Shown in pieces: positions 18,148 to 25,355 of a stretch of DNA of 32,000 bases (its first letter is position 1; the number at the start of each line of letters is the position of its first letter). Source of the DNA: Planctopirus limnophila DSM 3776 (GTDB lineage Bacteria; Planctomycetota; Planctomycetia; Planctomycetales; Planctomycetaceae). The notes under the pieces were generated by a model that had not been told where the DNA came from, ran no database searches, and saw only the letters and a program-made list of their open reading frames with translations. The position numbers and the translations under genes are program-made. The DNA lies in contig NC_014148.1 in the NCBI RefSeq assembly GCF_000092105.1, positions 4,590,001-4,622,000 of the forward strand, in the 5' to 3' direction.

Positions 18148-18938
18148 GCAGGCATTCAAACCCTGAGACGAATCGTTGGGAAGAAATCCAGGTGACACGA
18201 CTGCTGTTTGGTCTGACCGAGGAAGAGAAGACGGAGTACGACAGTATTGCGAGTCGAATCCCTGTCGAAGAACTCGAACAATTGGATCAGGTTGTCGCTT
18301 CTCTTGATGTGATTTGGGCGGACATGCAAACGGAACCACTGCCTGAACATCTACGCCACGCAATCCGAATTCGAGCCTCGCAGGAATTGGCCGCAAAGCC
18401 TGTTGTGTCATTGGCCAAGCCCTCGACCTATGCTATGGCGACCCTTCGCGGAAACAGATATCTGCCCTGGTTTGTTTCAGCTCTCTGCCTGATGTTTGCG
18501 GTGTTTGCCTGGCTCGATAACCGACCGATAGAGAAAGTACGCCCTGACGTCGCTCAACTGCAAGCTGAATTGCTCACTGCGAACCAGGGGCTTGTGCAGG
18601 CAAAATGGTCACCAGGGCCGACGCCCAGCGAAGGTGCCACAGGCGACATCGTCTGGAGTGCTTCGCAGCAACAGGGTTTCATGCGCTTTCGAGGATTGCC
18701 GGTCAACACGCCCAGCCAGGAGCAGTATCAGTTGTGGATTTTCGCCAGAAATCAAAGTGACACGACGCCGATTGATGGCGGGGTGTTCGACATCACATCG
18801 ACCGAAGAAGTTGTCATCCCGATCAACGCGAAGCTGTATGTTCAAGACGCGTATATGTTCGCAGTTACGATCGAAAAGCCAGGCGGCGTGGTGGTATCTT
18901 CTCGCGAACGACTGCCACTCCTGGCCAAAGTCGAATAA
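18144..18938 (+). CDS. Anti-sigma factor with an RskA-type (anti-sigma-K) C-terminal domain
   Basis: 4-nt ATGA overlap with the sigma gene. Central TM segment LPWFVSALCLMFAVFAWL. The C-terminal YQLWIFARN....PIDGGVF......AVTIEKPGGVVVSS resembles the RskA domain pattern (YQLW...G..... VT.EP.GGS). Confidence 0.8.
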   Translation: MSRHSNPETNRWEEIQVTRLLFGLTEEEKTEYDSIASRIPVEELEQLDQVVASLDVIWADMQTEPLPEHLRHAIRIRASQELAAKPVVSLAKPSTYAMATLRGNRYLPWFVSALCLMFAVFAWLDNRPIEKVRPDVAQLQAELLTANQGLVQAKWSPGPTPSEGATGDIVWSASQQQGFMRFRGLPVNTPSQEQYQLWIFARNQSDTTPIDGGVFDITSTEEVVIPINAKLYVQDAYMFAVTIEKPGGVVVSSRERLPLLAKVE

Positions 18939-19000
18939 CCCAAGATCAATAGAAAGATCATGCAAAACGAGGTCGCTGTGTCCCGTTTCGCAGGCTGGCA

Positions 19001-19102
19001 GGGTGGCCCAGACGTGGCTCTGCACGTCTGGGTGACGCCAGTCACAAGAAATCGTTGTACAAAATACGCCAATTCCCGTAGAACCCACGGGCCGATATTC
19101 TG
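19001..19102 (+). repeat. Family D REP-like element, copy 2
   Basis: Same orientation as copy 1, with an identical hairpin at 19007-19032. It starts 62 nt after the anti-sigma stop, and the AT-richer islet begins right after it. Confidence 0.8.
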
Positions 19103-19328
19103 ATGTCTACCAAAGTAGCCACACTACACGAGGTCACTGGCAGATCCGCACCTCGTACAGAATCTTATCAAAGCTTCTCAAAAATACGTAATACAGTCCT
19201 TCCAGCAGCAAATCTCAACTGCCTCCGGCAACCCACAGCGGGTTAACCTCGCAGGTTTAAATATATACATCATAGTAACCATAAAGTAGCATCGACAGTA
19301 ATAGAACAAGTTCTTCTTCTGGATCACG

Positions 19329-19658
19329 ATGACTATGAACATAAATGCAACAACTGGAATCATTCGGCTTGATAGGGTTGTAGCCGAATACGACGCATGG
19401 CTTGATGCCAGTCTTTTTCCAGTCCCCAAAATGAGAGTGAAAGTCATTCAACGACGGAATGATTTTGCCGCGTTCACGAACTTGCGACGATGTGATCGTG
19501 TAACCGGACAACCTGATGGCACTGCTGGACTTGGCGATACTCCAGACGAAGCGTTAACTGACTTGCTTACAAGATTCGTAGCGGAAGCTCGTGAGGCTCT
19601 ACCACCCGACGGGTTTGTTGAAAGTGACTTCGTTTGGTCTGCGCCTGAAGACTTTTAG
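19329..19658 (+). CDS. Hypothetical small acidic protein (faint HicB/UPF0150-like G.G.T.DEAL..L motif)
   Basis: Best-looking ORF in an AT-richer segment. TAGLGDTPDEALTDLLTRFVAEAREAL resembles the loop-helix of HicB-fold antitoxins. No SD seen. An internal Met at codon 35 is an alternative start. Confidence 0.4.
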   Translation: MTMNINATTGIIRLDRVVAEYDAWLDASLFPVPKMRVKVIQRRNDFAAFTNLRRCDRVTGQPDGTAGLGDTPDEALTDLLTRFVAEAREALPPDGFVESDFVWSAPEDF

Positions 19659-19806
19659 TCAAATAGAGTAGGTTAAGGCTTTGCGCAACCCACCAACTCA
19701 GAAGACTCCAAACCCATCAGCAACTATTTCAGGGGTAGGGAGGACTCATTGGATTGAGACAACACGAAGGGGTCAGAACTCATTGATTTTGTCGGCACCA
19801 CTACCT

Positions 19807-20124
19807 CTACCCCGTCGAAAGTTCATATTCATCAAGCGAGGTAGAACTTACAATATCCATAACCCGGTCGATGGATTCCAATATTGACTCTCGAATGCCG
19901 ACGGGAGCATGCAAATCGATCCAATTGCGAAGTTGAGAAATCTCTTCGATAAACTGATCCTTAAACTCCTGCCTTATGACTAACGCCGGAAGACATTCTA
20001 TCATCTGTAGCCCAAGTTCCTTTGCGGGCGGCAACCAATAGGTGACAAACGTATTTGCAGCGCAAACTGGGGTGAATGTCGGTTCACCGCTCTTTCTGTT
20101 TGTCTTGCATAAATCGATTGCCAT
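19807..20124 (-). CDS. Hypothetical protein (ORFan, 105 aa from the ATG)
   Basis: ORF with plausible composition. ATG 20124 is preferred over the listed GTG 20154. No motif recognised. Confidence 0.4.
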   Translation of the reverse strand: MAIDLCKTNRKSGEPTFTPVCAANTFVTYWLPPAKELGLQMIECLPALVIRQEFKDQFIEEISQLRNWIDLHAPVGIRESILESIDRVMDIVSSTSLDEYELSTG

Positions 20125-20337
20125 GTCAGATTTCCTTCTTACGGCCCATACCACATCGCAGTTTGGCCCCGATTGAAATTCTGATTTTTACCAGGTTTGC
20201 CAAGCCACAAGAGGTCTCTTGCACCACCACACCTCCCACAGAATCCCAACTGAGTTTTCAGCAACCCCCACAACCGTTCATCCGGCAGCAAAACCTCCCC
20301 TGCCACCCGGCAGTATCAATTCGTTAAACCCCAGACG

Positions 20338-21366
20338 TTACCAGAACTTCCACCAGGGCCGTTTCAGTTCTTCAGTAGGTGATGTTTTGGCCTTGGCGAC
20401 TCCTTCCGGCAGGCGTGCGGGAAGCTCTAAGGTTTGCCACCATTGATCGACTTCCGGGGCTGGTAGCTCTTCGACAATCCGCAGTGATGGTGGTGCTGCC
20501 ATCAGGAACGGCCGGAAGAAATTGCCATCCCACTGCCGGCTCTCCAGCATCGGTGGCCATAACAGCACGATCTGCTGTGAGTCGATCATCGGGATCGTGC
20601 TGGGGCTCAATTCTCCCCAGATCGAGGCGAGAATATTCGCTTGGCTGCTGGTTCCATTTCCGTAATGCCACCACGCCGCATCGGTCACATCGTGCATAGC
20701 CGGGCCAGTCGCCACTTCCACGAGTTCCTGTGAGATACGTGGAGCGTAAGTCAGACGCGGTGCCAGCTCGATCTGCAGCAGTGTAAACAAATGAAAGCAG
20801 TTGGAAAGGTTCTTGTACTCCACGCGAAAGGCGCGACGTTCCGCGACATCGATGGCAATCAATGAACCACTGGTACGAGACAGGAGTTCATAGACCCAGT
20901 TGCAACCCGCCGACACCCCTTCAACACGTTGCAGTTCCTGCATCAACTGTTCGTCTTGGCGATACTGCGCCCAGCGTGTGGGACTGCGTGAAATATGGGC
21001 CACAATCCCTTGCCCCAGAAACTCCAGACCACTCGATAACTCGGACGAGACAGGTTCCGAAAGATCGTCCGGGATCTTGCCCATCCAGCCGCGTAACGCT
21101 TCGATCAACCGTGGAATCGCGTAGTCAGGATCAGCACCATGCTCGACACCCGCCCCGAGACTGACAGCCAGAATTCCACATCCCACCGGCGATCCGACCT
21201 GTGGGATCGCGTCCGCAAGGATCGTGACGGCTTGTCGACGATCGGGATGCTCCGCTAACGCATTGAATGCGTTCCTCAATCGATCGCTGATTTCTCGACC
21301 AACCTGCGCTTCCGCACTCGCGACAACGTCCTGGCACAGTGCTTCCAGGCTGATTTCATTCGCCAT
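20338..21366 (-). CDS. Hypothetical protein (342 aa, no recognisable domain)
   Basis: Long ORF of native-looking GC and codon usage. It starts 38 nt downstream of the rfbB stop on the same strand. Confidence 0.6.
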   Translation of the reverse strand: MANEISLEALCQDVVASAEAQVGREISDRLRNAFNALAEHPDRRQAVTILADAIPQVGSPVGCGILAVSLGAGVEHGADPDYAIPRLIEALRGWMGKIPDDLSEPVSSELSSGLEFLGQGIVAHISRSPTRWAQYRQDEQLMQELQRVEGVSAGCNWVYELLSRTSGSLIAIDVAERRAFRVEYKNLSNCFHLFTLLQIELAPRLTYAPRISQELVEVATGPAMHDVTDAAWWHYGNGTSSQANILASIWGELSPSTIPMIDSQQIVLLWPPMLESRQWDGNFFRPFLMAAPPSLRIVEELPAPEVDQWWQTLELPARLPEGVAKAKTSPTEELKRPWWKFW

Positions 21367-21403
21367 CTTTAAACCTTGTCCGTCTGCGAGATACCCCAGG
21401 AGC

Positions 21404-22423
21404 CTACTTCAGTACAGCGTTCACCCAGGCCTGATTGCCCAGATACCACTCGACTGTCGCCCGCATCCCCTGCTCGAATGTGACCGATTGTTTCCAACCC
21501 AGTTCCCGCTCGATCTTCGAACAATCAATCGCATAGCGGAAGTCGTGACCGGGACGATCGGAGACAAACGTAATCAGGTCGGCATGCCGGCCACCTTGTG
21601 GCCTGGGGCGCAACTCATCCAGCACTTTGCAGATCACATGGACCAGGTCGATGTTGCGAACTTCCGCCCGGCCACCAATCGCATACGTTTCCCCAATCAT
21701 GCCGGTTTCGAGAACTCGCAGCAGAGCCGAAACATGATCCTGGACATGCAGCCAGTCGCGCACGTTCTCTCCCTTGGCATAAACAGGGATCGGCTCTTCG
21801 GCCAGCGCTTTGCGAATGACGACCGGAATCAGCTTTTCAGGAAACTGGAAGGGCCCGTAGTTGTTGCTGCAGTTGGTGACCAGCACTGGCAACCCATACG
21901 AATGATTCCAGGCCCGCGCCAGATGATCGGCAGAGGCCTTGCTGGCCGAATAAGGGGAATGCGGGTCGTAGCGGGTCTCTTCGGTAAACTGGCCGGTAGC
22001 CCCCAGCGCACCAAACACTTCATCCGTCGAAACGTGCAGAAAGCGGAACTTCGCTTTGTCGCTGGCCGCGAGCTTCCCGTAATGCGTGCGGGCCGCTTCC
22101 AGCAATGTGTAGGTTCCCACAATGTTGGTGTTGATGAACTCTGCCGGCCCGGTCAACGATCGATCCACATGGCTCTCAGCTGCCAGATGCATCACAGCGG
22201 CTGGCTGATACTTCGCAAAAGCCGCATCCATCGCTTCCCGGTCAGCAATATGCTTCTGGATCAGGAGATGTCGCGGATGGGTCGCTACTTCTTCCAAAGA
22301 TTCAACATGCCCCGCATAAGTGAGACAATCGACATTCACCACTGTCCAATCGGTGTTCCTCACCAGATGACGGACAAGGGCTGAACCAATGAATCCACAA
22401 CCACCGGTAACGAGAACATGCAT
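21404..22423 (-). CDS. rfbB: dTDP-glucose 4,6-dehydratase
   Basis: [77 protein letters not shown] are collinear with E. coli RfbB by recall. An alternative ATG lies 9 nt upstream (22432). Confidence 0.92.
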   Translation of the reverse strand: MHVLVTGGCGFIGSALVRHLVRNTDWTVVNVDCLTYAGHVESLEEVATHPRHLLIQKHIADREAMDAAFAKYQPAAVMHLAAESHVDRSLTGPAEFINTNIVGTYTLLEAARTHYGKLAASDKAKFRFLHVSTDEVFGALGATGQFTEETRYDPHSPYSASKASADHLARAWNHSYGLPVLVTNCSNNYGPFQFPEKLIPVVIRKALAEEPIPVYAKGENVRDWLHVQDHVSALLRVLETGMIGETYAIGGRAEVRNIDLVHVICKVLDELRPRPQGGRHADLITFVSDRPGHDFRYAIDCSKIERELGWKQSVTFEQGMRATVEWYLGNQAWVNAVLK

Positions 22424-22768
22424 GGTAAGCATCCGTGCCTTGCGAGAACTTCAGGGTTTTGAAAATGAAAATGTGACCAGCAGTCATACACAAATCAATG
22501 CCAATTGGGGAGTTCCGTCGATATCAAAAAATTCTGATCGGTTCCCTGATTTTCGTCATCCACCCCAGCATCTTAGTACGTTAAGATTACATGCAGACAC
22601 AACACGCCAGGAAACGCCAGGCCTCGCCATGCGACACACCAGGCAGGCCGGATGACGTTCCCCGGATTATTTCTGCGGCATCATTCATCGAGCGAAGACA
22701 TCCTTCCGTGTTGTGCCTGCCTTTGATGTGATCGTGCAAGCTGGCAGGTTCTCTGCCTCACTCAACAA

Positions 22769-22790
22769 ACATGCTTTTGATTGAGCATGT
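22769..22790. repeat. Family E hairpin, copy 4 (ACATGCT-N8-AGCATGT)
   Basis: 7-bp perfect stem with an 8-nt loop, in the hpf upstream region. Confidence 0.55.
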
Positions 22791-22902
22791 CGATTGAAGA
22801 TGTGGCCGCATCAGCCAGCTTTCTGATCAGCGGGCAGTGTCGTTTCAATCTCTGATTCAACGTTTCTATTTCCAGTAGTGATCAATGCGCAGTGCTTGTC
22901 GT

Positions 22903-22932
22903 GACATGCTTGCAGCTTTGGGCAAGCATGTC
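22903..22932. repeat. Family E hairpin, copy 5 (GACATGCTTGC-AGCTTTGG-GCAAGCATGTC)
   Basis: 11-bp perfect stem with an 8-nt loop, about 170 nt upstream of the hpf ATG. It is essentially identical to the reconstructed uninterrupted form of the 30825/31149 copy. Confidence 0.8.
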
Positions 22933-23103
22933 TTCGCGATCCTCAACGCTTGTTTCATGTGACAGGTCGTGGGAATCCTGGAAGTTGGGGAGTTGAACAA
23001 CAGATCGTTTCGTCAGCCCGCAGGAACTCGAGTCGGTTTTCTGTGAAGTCTTCCGTAATTCGCGGCTGTTTATCTTCCAGAGTTTTCGAGAGAGAGGCGA
23101 TGA

Positions 23104-23457
23104 ATGCATACGAATCTCATCACGCGTGGATTGGTTCTTCCTCAAGGTCTCAGAGAATTTGTCGATCGCAAACTGGAGTTCGCACTCGACCGTTTTCAGC
23201 TTTCGCCGGCTGATGTCGAGATCACCCTCGAAGATATCAACGGTCCTCGGGGCGGTCAGGATAAGCGATGTCGCTTGCGGGTCGGTAACACCAAACGCAC
23301 ACGAGTTCTCATTGAGGAAACCGGATCGGATCTGCAGCGTGTTCTTTCGCGGACAGTCGATCGCATGGAACAGGCCCTGGCCAAACTGCATCGCAAACAT
23401 CATTCGCGAGCATCGCGGCAGCCGGGTCGCCGCCTGGCGATGGCAGCAGATCTTTAG
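23104..23457 (+). CDS. hpf: Ribosome hibernation promoting factor / RaiA family (short form)
   Basis: The 117-aa sequence M..NLITRGLVLPQGLREFVDRKLEFALDRF....VEITLE.....K.CRLRV......VLIEETGSDLQRVLSRTVDRMEQALAKLHRK follows the HPF/YfiA pattern (beta-alpha-beta3-alpha). An AGAGAGG SD lies upstream. Confidence 0.8.
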   Translation: MHTNLITRGLVLPQGLREFVDRKLEFALDRFQLSPADVEITLEDINGPRGGQDKRCRLRVGNTKRTRVLIEETGSDLQRVLSRTVDRMEQALAKLHRKHHSRASRQPGRRLAMAADL

Positions 23458-23620
23458 GCCACAGGATTTGTTCTGTGTCCTGAGCCAGATTTCATGTTCT
23501 CACCCAGTGTTTGTCTCGTTAAGCGATCGTGTTGTTAAATCGTGTGGATGCAATGATGTTTTATCACTGCACCAAGGTCACCTGAACGCGACCCGTCATC
23601 ACGACCGCTGAACTGTCCCG

Positions 23621-23655
23621 GCAGGCCCGGCTGCAAAATCTGCAGCCGGGCCTGC
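23621..23655. terminator. Strong GC-rich hairpin between the convergent hpf and HEAT-protein genes
   Basis: GCAGGCCCGGCTGCA-AAATC-TGCAGCCGGGCCTGC forms a 15-bp perfect stem. The U-tract is weak on both strands (CTTGTTGG on +). Confidence 0.45.
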
Positions 23656-23676
23656 TTGTTGGATCGCAGCACAAGC

Positions 23677-23717
23677 TCGCCCTCATCCCGGCCTTCTCCC
23701 GTCGGAACGGGAGAAGG
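23677..23717 (-). repeat. Family A-like repeat, copy 6 (inverted orientation, diverged)
   Basis: CTCGCCCTCATCCCGGCCTTCTCCCGT-CGGA-ACGGGAGAAGG resembles the reverse complement of family A (CCCTCACCCTGCCCTCTCCCGG...). 11-bp stem. Confidence 0.4.
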
Positions 23718-23729
23718 AGTAAAAAATCC

Positions 23730-24857
23730 TTATTCGTCACTATTGCTGGCGGGTGTGGCGTCTCCCGGTTTGGGCGCACCATCCAGCCGACGCAGGGCCT
23801 GGGCTGCTTCTTCCTGTAGAGGATCGGCGGGTTGTCTGGCAATGGCTTGTAATGTTCTGCGGATCGCAGGAGTCCCTGAGCCACTTTGTGCCAGGCTGCG
23901 AATGGCGGCTTGCCTGACCTCGACAGCAGGATCATCAACCAGCTTCAGCAGTGCAGGCTCAATCTGAGCGACGAGATCAGCTTGTGAAGTGAGATTGCCC
24001 AGCGAGGTCGCAGCAATCATACGGATGTTGACTTCATCACTTTCGAGAAGTCCCAGGAGCACAGGTGCGACCTTCGATTCGTATGCGACAATCGAAGAGA
24101 GGACGGAAGCCACATTGGCCCGCACAAACAGAGACTGATCCTGCAATGAGCTGACAATCTCCGGTGCCGACGATTCTGCTTCGGGGCCCAATTGAGCCAG
24201 GAACATCGAGGCGAGTTCGCGAACCATCAGATCGTCGTCTTTCAAGTGGCGAACATAAATTCCAAGGGCTGTGGTTCCCAGTTGTGTCAGTTTTTGTTCG
24301 GCAATCTGCCATTGATCGGGAGTCGAACCTCCGCGTGCAGCCTGCAGCAGTTCAGCAAAGGCTGCTTCAGCTGCCGGAGAACTTTCTGGCAATCCACTAT
24401 TGCGAATACCCGTCGCCATGGTGGGATTTTCTGGCACAGGCAACAGGAGTTGGCCAGGGACAGCGGCGGGGATCGTCAACACTGCCGAACCTGAGTTGGC
24501 TTCTGTGACTGGTGCAATGGTGAGCACAGGGAAGTCATCTTGTGAAGCCTGCGAACCTGACACGGAAGCGTCTTCCTGAGTGGGCGCTTCTGATGAGTTG
24601 GCACTGAAAGCGGGATCTTCCGCCTGCTGGCAACCAGCCACCGCCATGCCGACAACGAGCATGAGGATGAATGCAAGCTGGGTTCGACATCGATTGGGCC
24701 AACGATCAGCGAAGAGAATATCTCGCCCGGCAACAGGGAATGATTCCTGTAAGGTGGATTTGCTCTGATGTTCACAAGCTCTGCATGCCAAATGATCAAG
24801 CGAGTGAGCACTCGCCATGGCTTCACTTCGATGCTTGGATGATGGATGGGATTTCAT
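23730..24857 (-). CDS. HEAT-repeat lipoprotein
   Basis: Lipobox LMLVVGMAVAGC. The C-terminal half has HEAT repeats (DDDLMVRELASMFLAQLG, DQSLFVRANVASVLSSI, DEVNIRMIAATSLGNL, DPAVEVRQAAIRSLAQSG). ATG 24857 has GGAGAG 9 nt upstream; the listed ORF extends to 24926. Confidence 0.7.
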   Translation of the reverse strand: MKSHPSSKHRSEAMASAHSLDHLACRACEHQSKSTLQESFPVAGRDILFADRWPNRCRTQLAFILMLVVGMAVAGCQQAEDPAFSANSSEAPTQEDASVSGSQASQDDFPVLTIAPVTEANSGSAVLTIPAAVPGQLLLPVPENPTMATGIRNSGLPESSPAAEAAFAELLQAARGGSTPDQWQIAEQKLTQLGTTALGIYVRHLKDDDLMVRELASMFLAQLGPEAESSAPEIVSSLQDQSLFVRANVASVLSSIVAYESKVAPVLLGLLESDEVNIRMIAATSLGNLTSQADLVAQIEPALLKLVDDPAVEVRQAAIRSLAQSGSGTPAIRRTLQAIARQPADPLQEEAAQALRRLDGAPKPGDATPASNSDE

Positions 24858-25280
24858 AGTTGATTGCTCTCCTGCAGCCGGTTCCCTGGCGAGGGGAATC
24901 TTGACATGCCTGAGGCAGATCTCCAAGAGGTGTTTTGGGGGAGGAGTTTTGGAATCTGTCAGCTGTTCGAATCGGCGGCAGACAGGAAGCGACCTGAACC
25001 TGTGTTTCGATGAGGGGTTGCTGTGTACAGTTCATCAGATGTCGAAGGGACGGTGATTCGATCGAGAGCTGACCGACAGGGGCAAATTAACGGTTAAAAG
25101 GATCAATCGGGCTGGAGTGCAGGAATTTCACGGCAAGTCGAGACAGGCCATACTTGCGTTTGGGGGTTCTCCGGGAGCAGAATGATCGAAGTCAATTTCA
25201 GCCAGCTGGCTTCCCACAGGATGCTCTCAAACGGTCTGTCGAGACCAGTCCTGACGTGGCGAAGCTGCAACGCCACTTTG

Positions 25281-25301
25281 ATCGAAATGCATCATTTCGA
25301 T
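25281..25301. promoter_or_regulatory. Perfect palindrome ATCGAAATG-CAT-CATTTCGAT upstream of the Hsp70-family gene (candidate operator)
   Basis: 9-bp inverted repeat with a 3-nt spacer, ending 54 nt before ATG 25356. It does not match CIRCE or HAIR. Confidence 0.3.
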
Positions 25302-25355
25302 TGACCTTCTGTATGTCACAGGTTTCAACCTCGCAACATTTATAGAGCAAGACTC

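Noticed and set aside
19102-19245. 47-aa ORF (MSTKVATLHEVTGRS...) right after REP-like copy 2, considered as a second RAYT remnant or a HicA-like toxin for the downstream HicB-like ORF.
   Set aside because: It has no NP..GLV/W.WSS motif and no HicA-like H..G.H pattern. Its similarity to the region after copy 1 is too weak to call.
22882-23403. 173-aa minus-strand ORF overlapping hpf.
   Set aside because: It is in antisense codon register with hpf over the overlap and has no motif. The + strand HPF-family reading has a clear family pattern and an SD.
25281-25301. Palindrome upstream of the Hsp70 gene as a CIRCE (HrcA) or HAIR (HspR) element.
   Set aside because: The sequence ATCGAAATG-N3-CATTTCGAT matches neither TTAGCACTC-N9-GAGTGCTAA nor CTTGAGT-N7-ACTCAAG. 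It is kept only as an unassigned candidate operator.
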